Below, piece after piece: positions 39,762 through 49,091 of a stretch of DNA of 64,000 nt. Within the stretch, counting starts at the first letter, position 1. Every line of letters starts with the position of its first letter. The position numbers were made by a program, and so were the translations under genes. This DNA comes from Candidatus Hydrogenedentota bacterium (GTDB lineage Bacteria > Hydrogenedentota > Hydrogenedentia > Hydrogenedentales > SLHB01). The stretch spans positions 69,518 through 133,517 of the forward strand of contig BTVY01000015.1 of the NCBI GenBank assembly GCA_045863335.1, written 5' to 3'. The notes beneath the pieces are model-generated. The model was not told the DNA's origin. It saw only the letters and a list, made by a program, of their open reading frames with translations, and searched no databases.

Positions 39762-39795
39762 CCGGTAGAATACGAATACGACGGTTGTCACAAAG

Positions 39796-39947
39796 AGAAC
39801 ATCCCCCTTGCCCCCTTCAAAGGGGGAAAGACGCAACGCTTTGCGTTGCGGGAGAACCAACGGCAACTCGTATTAGGCTGTCTCTCAAGAATGACCCAAG
39901 TCGTCAAGTAGGCGATTCCCCCTTCGAAGGGGGCAAGGGGGATGTTC
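39796..39947. repeat. Uninterrupted REP doublet, CCCCCTTCRAAGGGGG family
   Basis: AGAACATCCCCCTTGCCCCCTTCAAAGGGGG ... CCCCCTTCGAAGGGGGCAAGGGGGATGTTC. Shares the internal CGCAACGC.TTGCGTTGCG hairpin with the 34265 copy. Confidence 0.85.
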
Positions 39948-39991
39948 CGGGAAGTGCTCGCGTTGGCTGGTGAATGTGGAAGAATGGGGGC

Positions 39992-40055
39992 AGTTACCTT
40001 TTCGTTGCTCCGGCATAGAAATCCTTCACGGCGACTCAAAAACGAAAAGGTAACT
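39992..40055. repeat. 15-bp perfect inverted repeat (separate REP-like family)
   Basis: AGTTACCTTTTCGTT-N34-AACGAAAAGGTAACT. Confidence 0.7.
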
Positions 40056-40059
40056 ATCT

Positions 40060-41295
40060 CTACTTTTCCGCCATCTGCACGGCGGCCCCAGTTGATAATA
40101 TTTGCTCGATCTCGCCTTCCGAATAGCCAAGTTCAGACAACACCGCTACCGTGTGCTCGCCCAGCGCTGGAGCCGGTCCCGGCGGTACTTTTGGAGCGCC
40201 GTTCAACTCCATGGGACTGTTGACCGTCCGCGCGCGTCCATGTCCGGGAAGATCCAACTCAACAAACACGTCATTCGCGGCCATCTGGGGATCGTCGCCC
40301 ACTTCCCGATTGTTTGCCACGCGCGCGAAAGGAATGTCGTGCGCGTCCAATGTTTGTGTCCAATAGACCAGGTCATGCTGCGCGAAGACCTCGTCCAGCG
40401 TCGCGATCAACTCCGTCATGTTCTTCAATCGTGCCTCGACGGGGTTGAACCGCACGTCTTCCAGCAGGTCCGGGCGTCCGATGGCGCGGCAGAATACGGG
40501 CCAATGCTTCTTCTGATCCACGATTGACAACTTGAACAGCCTGCCGTCGCCCGCTCGGTAATTGATGTACGCAAAGCTGTAAAACGTGTCGCGCGGAATC
40601 ATCTTGGGTATCCGCGCGCCGCACAGCATCCCCTGCAGTTCGGATGCGTTGGCCCACGCGCCGCAGGCCAGCAGCGAGGTAGACACCTTCGTGCCGCGGC
40701 CCGTCTTTTCCCGGGCGTAGAGGGCCATCATGACGCCCGCGAGCAACGCCATCCCGCTGGGATGATCGCCGGCTCCGTAGGGAAACGGTCCACCCAGCCA
40801 CCCCTCCTGCGGAAAGATGCGATCCTCGATGCCGGAGCGCGCCCAATAGCAATTCGCGTCGTAGCCCGGCTTGTGCGCGTCCGGACCTTGTTCTCCGTAG
40901 CCGGAGACACACGCGTAGATCAGGCGCGGATTGATCTCGTTCAGTTTCTCATACGCGAGTCCCAGTTTATCCAGCGCCGATTGCCGGAAATTCGAAGTAA
41001 ACACGTCGGCCGTCGCAACAAGTTTGAGCAGGATCTCCCGGGCCGTATCTTGCTTGAGATCCAGGACGATGCTCTTCTTGTTCCTGTTGTCCATCAAGAA
41101 GACATAGGGGATTTCCGAAACCGGCATGCCGGGGAGATTGTGGGTGAGCCGGCTGATGTCGCCGGTTCCGGGAGATTCCACCTTGATAACGTCGGCGCCG
41201 AAATCGGCCATCACCGCGCCCGCCGATGGGACCAATACCATCGTCGCTACTTCAATGACCCGAATACCGTCCAATACATTCGTCGATTCCGACAT
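40060..41295 (-). CDS. CaiB/BaiF (class III) CoA-transferase
   Basis: LDGIRVIE, DFGADVIKVES, NRNKKSIVLDLK, SGYGEQGP, APALGEHT. Confidence 0.95.
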   Translation of the reverse strand: MSESTNVLDGIRVIEVATMVLVPSAGAVMADFGADVIKVESPGTGDISRLTHNLPGMPVSEIPYVFLMDNRNKKSIVLDLKQDTAREILLKLVATADVFTSNFRQSALDKLGLAYEKLNEINPRLIYACVSGYGEQGPDAHKPGYDANCYWARSGIEDRIFPQEGWLGGPFPYGAGDHPSGMALLAGVMMALYAREKTGRGTKVSTSLLACGAWANASELQGMLCGARIPKMIPRDTFYSFAYINYRAGDGRLFKLSIVDQKKHWPVFCRAIGRPDLLEDVRFNPVEARLKNMTELIATLDEVFAQHDLVYWTQTLDAHDIPFARVANNREVGDDPQMAANDVFVELDLPGHGRARTVNSPMELNGAPKVPPGPAPALGEHTVAVLSELGYSEGEIEQILSTGAAVQMAEK

Positions 41296-41524
41296 TGTGC
41301 TTCCTTTCGAACAGTAGCACGCGCGCATCAGTTCATTGTGCCACGCTCCGGCAACGCAGCATCACCCCCTCACGGGATTCCCCATCCATACGAATTCGAG
41401 CAAAACCACAGCGCCAATTGCAAAACAGTAGGTTGGCGGTGATGCCGCGCCCATAGTATTATTTCGGTGGCAACGCTTGGCCAGCATCGGCCCAAACAAG
41501 GATGATAAAGGAACTGAAACAGTC

Positions 41525-43165
41525 ATGAAGAACCTCCGTGTTACCAGCATCGCGGGCCTCGTTGTACTTTCGCTTTCGTCTGCGCTTGCGGTATCCGAGG
41601 AAGGGCAACGCATCGAACTTCATGCCATTCCCTGGTCGATTGATGGAAACCCTATTCTGGGGACCTACGGCGCCGAACGGTTGGAGGATTTGGAACGCGT
41701 AAAAGACGCTGGAATGAACCTGGTCCTTGGAGGACTACAGGAGCTCGATCCGGCGACTCCACAGGGCGCGTTTTGTGCTGAGAACGGCATCAAAGTGCTG
41801 CCTCATGTGACCTCGTTCCTGTATCACGGCGTGACATTAAGCGCCCCAATCACCGCGGATCAAACCACTATACCGATCCATCTCGCGCGGGGCCTCATCA
41901 ACTCCGAATCCCGAGTCGTTCAGCTCGACGACGAATTGATCCGCTACGATGAAATGACCGGCGCTGCCTTGGTGAATTGCGAGCGGGGCTACGGCGGCAC
42001 GCGACCCGCCAGCCATCGGGAAGGCATGATCCTCTTCTGGCCTGAAGACTGTCGCGCCGAGATCGATCGGATTAAGGACTCGCCCAACTTGTTCGGGTAT
42101 TACGTGCTCGATGACAGCCCGGGTGACGCGGTCTCGGCGCTCCGCGCCATGTATCGGGTCATCCGTGAAACGGACCCCAAGCCGAATCACTTGGTGTGCG
42201 CCGGTTTCGGAGACGCCGGTTCCATCGCCAACCTTGCCCCCGGCGTTTGCGACATCATGTTTATCTACTGGTATCCCGTCAGCACTACCCGGTACGACCG
42301 GGAACGCACTGCCCTGGAGGTTCAGCAAATGCTGACGGCGGCGCGCAAATGCGTTCCCGGGATTCCTTTTGTGGGAATTTACCATGCCTTTGATGGGCGC
42401 ATGGCCCAGACCGGCCAGGGAGTACCCACGCCGGAGCAACTTCGCGAGCAGTTGGAGGACTACGTCCGCGAAGGGGCGAGCGGACTGGTCGCGTACCTCT
42501 GCCATCACGATCGGCTGCCGGGATGGGCCGACCTGGAACCACTCGGCATGGTAGTCAAGCGCGCCAACCTCGAAATTCTGGAGACCGGCGGTCTCCTGGT
42601 ACGCCCCGAAACGCCGGCCATGAAACAACAGCGAATTCAGCCCGTGGGGCACTGGGAAACGCCGCGACCCCTCCCCGGTTATGTACCCGCATGGCATGTG
42701 ACTGCGCCTTTCGAGGATACAACCGGCGCCGATCTCGACGCTCCCGTCCCTCCCGAAACCAACATCGATCCGAACGGCATCTACCCTGTAAAAAACGGTA
42801 AAGCGGGCTGGCGAGTTCGGGAGACCACCTGCGGCACGCTAGGCCTATCCCAGTTGTACGGCGCAGGCGATATTGCGTACGCCTATTGCGACGTGACCAG
42901 CCCGATCGAGCAGACCGTGCAGATGCGTATCTGCACGGATGACGACGGCTGGGTCCGGATCGATGGAGAAGAGGTATACCGCTTCGAGGGCGCACGCGGA
43001 CTTGAGATCGACAAAGACATCGTGCCGGTAACGCTCCCCAAGGGGACCTCACGCATCGAGGTCAAGAGCAATAACCGCGCCGGCATGTGGGGCTTCTTCA
43101 TGCGATTCACGGATATGAACGGTGATCCCCTGGAAGGCTTACGTTTCGAACCCGAGACCCGGTGA
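41525..43165 (+). CDS. Secreted hypothetical protein, glycoside hydrolase-like TIM barrel plus PA14-like C-terminal domain
   Basis: Signal peptide; LFGYYVLDD; C-terminal AYAYC..TDDDGWVRIDG..LPKG. Confidence 0.7.
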   Translation: MKNLRVTSIAGLVVLSLSSALAVSEEGQRIELHAIPWSIDGNPILGTYGAERLEDLERVKDAGMNLVLGGLQELDPATPQGAFCAENGIKVLPHVTSFLYHGVTLSAPITADQTTIPIHLARGLINSESRVVQLDDELIRYDEMTGAALVNCERGYGGTRPASHREGMILFWPEDCRAEIDRIKDSPNLFGYYVLDDSPGDAVSALRAMYRVIRETDPKPNHLVCAGFGDAGSIANLAPGVCDIMFIYWYPVSTTRYDRERTALEVQQMLTAARKCVPGIPFVGIYHAFDGRMAQTGQGVPTPEQLREQLEDYVREGASGLVAYLCHHDRLPGWADLEPLGMVVKRANLEILETGGLLVRPETPAMKQQRIQPVGHWETPRPLPGYVPAWHVTAPFEDTTGADLDAPVPPETNIDPNGIYPVKNGKAGWRVRETTCGTLGLSQLYGAGDIAYAYCDVTSPIEQTVQMRICTDDDGWVRIDGEEVYRFEGARGLEIDKDIVPVTLPKGTSRIEVKSNNRAGMWGFFMRFTDMNGDPLEGLRFEPETR

Positions 43166-43195
43166 CGGCGTTGCTTTTTGGCGCGGACGTGCAGT

Positions 43196-44041
43196 TCATT
43201 TTAGGAAACGCACGCCGCCCAGGTTATTCATCTGCTTCAGAATCCAGGCTTGCCTCTCGCGCATGTACGCAGTCGGCTTGCGCGGATCGCGGGTGAGCGG
43301 ACTGGGAAGAATGGACGCGAGCAAGGCCGCCTGTTCGGGCGTCAGGTCCGAGGCCGAGGTATCGAAGTATTCGCGGGCCGCGCTTTCAACGCCGTAAATC
43401 CCCGGCCCCAGTTCCGCCACGTTGACGTATACTTCCAGGATTCGTTGCTTCGGCCAGAGGGCCTCAATAAGTACCGTGAAGTACGCCTCGACGCCCTTAC
43501 GCCAAAAGGATCGGATGGGCCACAGGAACACATTCTTCGCGGTCTGCTGGCTTAACGTGCTCGCGCCGCGGAGCTGCCCGTCATTCAAACGTTCTTCAAT
43601 TGCGTTTCGGATCTCTTTCACATCAAACCCATGGTGATCGTAGAAGCGCTGATCCTCCGCGGCCAGAACCGCTACCAGGAAATGGGGCGAGATGTCCTCG
43701 TAGTCGCACCATTCTTTGTCGACGGGGAATCCCTCTCCAAAATGGCGTAAGAGCATCAATCCGGTAACCGGCGGATTGATGTAGCGAAACGCCGCGGCCA
43801 TTACGACCGTGATGAGCAACAGGAGAATCGCGCACTTCCAGACGATGGAGAATCCCCTGCGTAGCCACCTTCGCAGGAGTCCCGTCCCGGATGCAGCTTC
43901 CGTTGCGCGTCCCTTAGATCGCGTGGCGGGTGCCTTTTTACGAACCGCTTTCCTCGCCGGCGATGCACCACGCGGTTTGCCCGAGGCAGAAGATTTCCTT
44001 CGTCGAGACGGGGTTGGCGCTTTCTTGCCGGTACGGCTCAC
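43196..44041 (-). CDS. mtgA: Monofunctional biosynthetic peptidoglycan transglycosylase
   Basis: AAEDQRFYDHHGFD, RGASTLSQQTAKNVFLW, RKGVEAY, KQRILEVYVN, YGVESAA. Confidence 0.95.
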   Translation of the reverse strand: MSRTGKKAPTPSRRRKSSASGKPRGASPARKAVRKKAPATRSKGRATEAASGTGLLRRWLRRGFSIVWKCAILLLLITVVMAAAFRYINPPVTGLMLLRHFGEGFPVDKEWCDYEDISPHFLVAVLAAEDQRFYDHHGFDVKEIRNAIEERLNDGQLRGASTLSQQTAKNVFLWPIRSFWRKGVEAYFTVLIEALWPKQRILEVYVNVAELGPGIYGVESAAREYFDTSASDLTPEQAALLASILPSPLTRDPRKPTAYMRERQAWILKQMNNLGGVRFLK

Positions 44042-44059
44042 AACGCGGTCAGACCCCGG

Positions 44060-44572
44060 CTACCACTGGTAGTTCCACTGCACGGGCCACTTGGGGCAGT
44101 CCGCCGTGCCGTAAAACTTACCCGTGCCGGAATCGAGCAAGGTTACATGCCGCCAGCCGGGTTTCTCCTGGTAGCTCGCCCAGTACCCGGTGTCCGGTTT
44201 GACCCGGCCGCTGTGAAACTGTTTGGACTTGAGTTGAAACCACTTCATCAACTCCTGCGCCCGCACGGGCCGCCCCTCGCTGCAACGTACCGTGAACAAC
44301 GGCGAAGTCAGAAGTTCCGTATAACCCGCTTCAATGAACGCGTTGGATAGGTAGTGCGTGCAGTTGTGCTCTTTGAAGGTGTTCTTGTCTCCGCAGATGC
44401 AGCCTTCATGGTACGCCTTAGCCACCTCAGCCAACGTCGGCTGACCCGACTCCGAGGGGTCGAAGCTCACCTGCAACGGACGCTGAGAACCCGTCGCGCA
44501 ACCGCTCACGACAACGGCGCACAGACCCGACAAAAGCAGGAGGGCCTTGCCCACGCTCCGCAACCTGAACAT
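44060..44572 (-). CDS. Lipoprotein with papain/NlpC-P60-like (Tae4/amidase-like) Cys-His motifs
   Basis: Lipobox VSGC; HNCTHYLSNAF, RPVRAQELMKWF, RHVTLLD. Confidence 0.6.
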   Translation of the reverse strand: MFRLRSVGKALLLLSGLCAVVVSGCATGSQRPLQVSFDPSESGQPTLAEVAKAYHEGCICGDKNTFKEHNCTHYLSNAFIEAGYTELLTSPLFTVRCSEGRPVRAQELMKWFQLKSKQFHSGRVKPDTGYWASYQEKPGWRHVTLLDSGTGKFYGTADCPKWPVQWNYQW

Positions 44573-44811
44573 GCTCGCCTTCCATATTTGGCACTGAAGC
44601 CGCCGCCACCTCCCCTATATTGTATCTCGCAACACCCCAAACCACAAAATGATGCGTAGCCGGTATAACAGAAGAGAATTCCCTGCGCGTGGGAAGTGGT
44701 TCTTCGTCCCGAACAACCTATACCGATGAGAATAGGCCCGCGCGGGAGACAAGGGCAGCGGCCGCTGCGAAAGACTTGCCACAACGGGGGAAAAACGGTG
44801 GTATGCAAAAA

Positions 44812-44860
44812 TGGTCGGGGCGACTGGATTTGAACCAGCGGCCTCTTGACCCCCAGTCAA
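44812..44860 (-). repeat. 3' fragment of tRNA-Pro(GGG), att site (not an intact tRNA)
   Basis: Minus strand TTGA-CTGGGGG-TCAAGAGGCCGCTGGTTCAAATCCAGTCGCCCCGACCA gives the anticodon arm, T arm and CCA. The 5' acceptor strand and D arm are absent. Confidence 0.9.
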
Positions 44861-45068
44861 ATCGCGTCGCGTCATAAGTCTTGTGATGACAGCACGCGGA
44901 ATGCGCCGCCTTGCGCTGACTGTATTCCTGACTGTATTCGCGACTGTACCGGCACTCCGAATCCCTCCTCCGCGCCCCTGCTTCACGCCGTCCTCGATGC
45001 AATCCGCAGACTGTCCAAGTATGAGCGCCGGGCGCTGATCGATCTGCTCGACCGTGAGGAGCAGGGCC

Positions 45069-45488
45069 ATGAGTAGACCACGACGCAAAGACGGCGCGGC
45101 GCCCAAATCTTCGAAGAGGGGAGCCCGGCCGGCGCGGAGCAGGGCTGCCGCTGCGCGGAAGTCCCGGAAGCACGACACGTCCGATGCCGGGATGCCTGAT
45201 CCGGGCACGTTCGAGAGTGACGTCGTTAACGAGACGGCGGATGAGGGCCTCCTCGCCTTCGGACTGAACCCCGGGGAATCACCTGACCAGATGTTGCAGC
45301 GTGAATGCATCCGGACGTTGCAGGAGCCAGGTCTGAAACCGCACGAACGGCTGAAGGTGATTCAAACGCTGGACAAGGTGAACGAACGGCTCGCCCGCGA
45401 AATCCCGCAGGATGATTGCGTGGATGAACTGCGGGCGTGGATACGGGAAACGCTGGAGGGCGGTCCCGGTCCGTTCTCGGATGCGTAG
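45069..45488 (+). CDS. Hypothetical mobile-element protein
   Basis: MSRPRRKDG..., basic N-terminus, helical C-terminus ERLKVIQTLDKVNERL. Confidence 0.6.
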   Translation: MSRPRRKDGAAPKSSKRGARPARSRAAAARKSRKHDTSDAGMPDPGTFESDVVNETADEGLLAFGLNPGESPDQMLQRECIRTLQEPGLKPHERLKVIQTLDKVNERLAREIPQDDCVDELRAWIRETLEGGPGPFSDA

Positions 45489-45508
45489 ACAACACGGGAG
45501 AACGTGTC

Positions 45509-45760
45509 ATGCAGATGCTATCCACCAAACACCGGACCGTCACGGGGTACGACTTCACGAAGGACAAACCCCTGATCCGAAGCCGGGCCATTCGGCAGAA
45601 GTGCCGGGAGTGTACGAATAGCCAGCAGGCCGAGATACGCCGATGCCAGATGACTGACTGCCCGTTATGGCCGTGGCGTTTGGGCAGAAGGCTTCGTCCC
45701 GGCGAGGAAACGCTCCACAGAGCGAATTCAGCCACGAACGCGGTCCCGGTCGACATCTGA
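45509..45760 (+). CDS. Small Cys4 zinc-binding phage-type protein
   Basis: AIRQKCRECTNSQQAEIRRCQMTDCPLWPWRLG; GGAG RBS. Confidence 0.75.
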   Translation: MQMLSTKHRTVTGYDFTKDKPLIRSRAIRQKCRECTNSQQAEIRRCQMTDCPLWPWRLGRRLRPGEETLHRANSATNAVPVDI

Positions 45761-46315
45761 TACCACCCCAAACCTGATCGGCCCGAATGCGCGCCGTAGT
45801 GCCGCAGGGCAGCCCCCTTGACGATGGGCGCCCATTCGGACGCTGGCCAGCCGTTGACATAGCCTCGATATCTGACAACTCGTCGGCGTGTGCCGCACCC
45901 CCTGCTATCAGCCCCCGTACTGCATTCCTGCCCGAAGTCTGCCGGCCGGATTCGGACACGGCGCGATCATCTGCGGACATGTGGAGCGGTGCTGCCATAC
46001 GCCGACGGGCGGTAACTGCTTTCCCACGAACGGCGATTTTCCCCGAATGGGGATCGAATCCCCCCATATCCGCCCCGCATGGGGATCAAATCGGTCGTGT
46101 ATCTCTGTGTGGGTGCCTTTTCGCCTAAGCTTTCGGGAAAACTTCCCGGAAGCCATCGCCTTGGCATCCCGCATGGCATCCGGTAAGGCATCCCGGAAGC
46201 CTTCGCGAAGCCATACCAGATGCCTTTAAACCGATTGTCCGTGGGGAGTTGTGCGATAGAGACAAGTCGGCGGCGCAGGACACCGCCCGTGTCTACGCCG
46301 CCTGTGCCAGTCGGC

Positions 46316-47272
46316 TTACAGGCCGACTTTGGCGGAGAAGTTGGTCAGGAACCGCTCGCCTTCACGCCGGTACTTGTTCATGACGGTACGGCTTCGGTGT
46401 CCTGATTGTCGCATAATGTCCGCCTCGGGGACACCTTCGCGGTAGCCTTGGGTCACGAATCCGGCCCGGAGCGAGTGCCCGGAGAATTGTTCCGGGGACA
46501 ATCCGATCCGCTTCGCAGCCCCCTTGACGATTCGGGAAATGGCGCGGTCCCCAAGTCGACGGGGCAGGACTTCTCCCGCGGGTGACACGGCGCGGAATAC
46601 AGCCCCCTTATCGATGCCGGCAATCTCCAGCCATTTCAGGATCGCTCGTACGGGGCAGGTGTCCTCGTGGGCGCCGTAACCGATGTCCTTGGTTTCGGGT
46701 TCGCCGGTTTGGTTGGTCTTGCTCCTGCGGACGGTCACGACTACGCCTTGGGGCCGGAATTCCAGGTCCTCCACGTCCAGGGCTACCAGTTCGGAGCGCC
46801 GGAACGCGCCGGCCAGTCCCATGAGCAGGATCGCCTTGTCCCGGAGCCCCCTGGGCGAGTCGTCCAGCGCGTTCACAGCTTGCCGGACGTGCTCGACCAG
46901 GAGCGGTGCTGCCTGTCTCTGTACGGTTCCCAACGTTCTGCGGATTCCCTGCATGGTGGCCCGGACAAGGGGTGCGCCCGCCGGACTGGCGAGTCCCGCG
47001 GACTGGTGCGCCACGGAGATCGAAGCAAGGCGGCGCTGTAGGGTCGCGGGTTTGTGGGTCTCGGCGTGGTCGCTGATATACCGGGCCACGGTATCAGGAA
47101 AAGCGGGGAGAGAAGTCTCCCCCCGCTCGCTGCACCATGTCTCAAAGTGCGTCCAGTCGGCGGCGTAGGCCTTCCGGGTGTTCCCGGCCTTAGATGCTTC
47201 GATGAATCCCTTCACGTGGGCGTCAAGGGGCACCAGTGCCGATTCTTCGATGTGTTGAATCTCGTGCGTCAT
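46316..47272 (-). CDS. Cre-like tyrosine recombinase (N-terminal SAM-like + catalytic domain)
   Basis: NTRKAYAADW, RDKAILL..GAFRRSEL, RSKTNQ, SGHSLRAGF, QSGHRS..MNKY (R-K-H-R-H-Y). Confidence 0.95.
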   Translation of the reverse strand: MTHEIQHIEESALVPLDAHVKGFIEASKAGNTRKAYAADWTHFETWCSERGETSLPAFPDTVARYISDHAETHKPATLQRRLASISVAHQSAGLASPAGAPLVRATMQGIRRTLGTVQRQAAPLLVEHVRQAVNALDDSPRGLRDKAILLMGLAGAFRRSELVALDVEDLEFRPQGVVVTVRRSKTNQTGEPETKDIGYGAHEDTCPVRAILKWLEIAGIDKGAVFRAVSPAGEVLPRRLGDRAISRIVKGAAKRIGLSPEQFSGHSLRAGFVTQGYREGVPEADIMRQSGHRSRTVMNKYRREGERFLTNFSAKVGL

Positions 47273-47275
47273 CGC

Positions 47276-47767
47276 CTATCCCCCTACCGCTTGCAGGGCG
47301 GTGGGCGATTCCTCGCTGAACGCGTAGAATCGAGTGCCCTCCCCGATGATTACATGGTCGTGGACCTTGATTCCGAGCATGGATCCCGATTCCGCAAGGC
47401 GGGTCGTGAGCGATTGATCGTCCCTGCTCGGGGTCGGGTCCCCGCTCGGGTGGTTGTGGCACAGAATGACGGATGCGGCGTTGCTCAGGATCGCGGGTTT
47501 GAACACTTCCCGCGGCATGGCGATCGTCGCGTCAATCGATCCGATACTGACGGTGTGAATGCCGATCACGTGTAGCTTGGTGTTCAACATCATCACGCAA
47601 AAGTGCTCCCGGTCCACTTCTCCGAGAAACTCCCGGAAGATGTGCGCGGCCATCCACGGGGCGCGTATCTGCTTGTCGTCGGCCTTCTGGCTACCGTCGC
47701 GGACAAGCGCCACGCGGTAGATCGGGATGCGGTACTTCTTCGATGGGGAAACGGTTGCATCTGTCAT
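47276..47767 (-). CDS. radC: RadC-like JAB domain protein
   Basis: DREHF, PREVFKPAI, HNHPSGDPTPSRDD, DHVIIG. Confidence 0.93.
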   Translation of the reverse strand: MTDATVSPSKKYRIPIYRVALVRDGSQKADDKQIRAPWMAAHIFREFLGEVDREHFCVMMLNTKLHVIGIHTVSIGSIDATIAMPREVFKPAILSNAASVILCHNHPSGDPTPSRDDQSLTTRLAESGSMLGIKVHDHVIIGEGTRFYAFSEESPTALQAVGG

Positions 47768-48126
47768 GACGCGATCCCCCCATCGTGCAATTCATTCGCG
47801 TCCAGCCATTTGACGGATGCGGGGACATGGAAGATCCGGTACTTGTTCTCTGGCGGTAGTGCCCGGTGCTTGAATTCGTGCACGTATTGGCCGGAGTCAA
47901 GGCGCCAGGTCCCCATGTACATCCACCATTCGCTAAACTGCGGGTTGTAGCACTCCGTATCTCCGAACACCATGCGGACGTGGTTCCACGCGCGATCCCA
48001 CTCGGCCTTATCCGGCCCTTGCGGGTCCATGAATACGGCTCTAAGCTCCATTTTGGCCTTGTGTACCGTCGCCTTGAACGCGTCGTGTAGCTTCGCCTCG
48101 AAGTCTTCGAATTCGCGTGCGTTCAT
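47764..48126 (-). CDS. Hypothetical protein (MGE leading-region type)
   Basis: MNAREFEDF..., EWWMYMGT..HEFKHR; ATGA overlaps on both sides. Confidence 0.7.
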   Translation of the reverse strand: MNAREFEDFEAKLHDAFKATVHKAKMELRAVFMDPQGPDKAEWDRAWNHVRMVFGDTECYNPQFSEWWMYMGTWRLDSGQYVHEFKHRALPPENKYRIFHVPASVKWLDANELHDGGIAS

Positions 48127-48470
48127 TTCCCGGCCCTCGCTTCCGTCTGGGAAACGTGAAACACGGTGGTAGTCCACGGGCGCGAGAATACTTCCTGCTT
48201 CTCTTCGCCGGTCGAGGGGTCGCGTACGTCTTTCTTGCACTCGATGACCGTGCAAACCTTCACGCCACGTTCGCCGCGTCGGACTTGCCGGCCAAGGGCG
48301 CGCCATGCGTCGTAGGTGAACACGTTCACGCGGGGTTGTATCTCGCTTTCCGGGATTCCCTTCTCGGTGAATCCTGCGATGATCGCGGGATAGTTGGACA
48401 TGCTCAGCCCGGAGCATGCGCGGCGGAGTGCTTCTTGTTGGATTTCTTTACGGCGGGGTGTTCTTCTCAT
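48123..48470 (-). CDS. ArdC-like N-terminal ssDNA-binding domain protein
   Basis: TYDAWRALGRQVRRGERG and VFHVSQT motifs; no C-terminal metallopeptidase domain. Confidence 0.85.
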   Translation of the reverse strand: MRRTPRRKEIQQEALRRACSGLSMSNYPAIIAGFTEKGIPESEIQPRVNVFTYDAWRALGRQVRRGERGVKVCTVIECKKDVRDPSTGEEKQEVFSRPWTTTVFHVSQTEARAGK

Positions 48471-48614
48471 TGCGCGTCCCTTTCCTGGGGACGCATGGAG
48501 CGCAGGCGGGCGGATGCGGTAGAATCGCCGCAGGCCGTCGCATGCTCATACCATGCGTTCGGTTTAGCCCGTCGTGAGTGTTACCAGCACTTGCGGCGGG
48601 CGCTTCAATTTCGG

Positions 48615-48641
48615 TGACCGATAACAGGGGGTTATCGGTCA
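48615..48641. promoter_or_regulatory. lox/dif-like palindrome, candidate recombinase crossover site
   Basis: TGACCGATAA-CAGGGGG-TTATCGGTCA, upstream of the recombinase operon. Confidence 0.6.
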
Positions 48642-49091
48642 TCCTGCCTATACGGTAGCACAAGGGTCAACCGCTGTCAATACTGAATATGCAAGCAGTG
48701 TTGTGCATGTGTGCGACAGTGTAAACAGAAACAGACACGGGCGCGGGGTTGGATCGTCAGTTGCGGATCGTGTGGGGACACGTTGCCGGATGGCGCGGGC
48801 GCGTGTTTGGGGACGTGTGAGAAGTCGTCAGGGGTGGGGCCGTCACACCGGGGGCCACCCCCGCAGCCGATGCCCCTATGGAGTATGTCCCTCGCTTTCC
48901 AAGGCCGCGCGATTTTTTTCGAGGGCATAACGTCCTATTGGATTCTCTATATTCTGGCTCGATTTGTCGGGAAATCTCGAAAACAGGCGGAGAAGTGAGT
49001 TGCTTGACTCGATGCTCGGCTTGTTGCCACACTTCGTCAGTACTGCGATTGGGGCGTATTGAGGATCATGCTATGAGAGGGAGTTCACGGA

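Noticed and set aside
44812-44890. Intact tRNA-Pro gene
   Set aside because: The 5' acceptor strand and D arm are missing; treated as an att fragment.
48690-48930. G-rich intergenic tract as a phage packaging site or ncRNA
   Set aside because: Only a vague resemblance; no terminase or recognisable RNA motif supports it.
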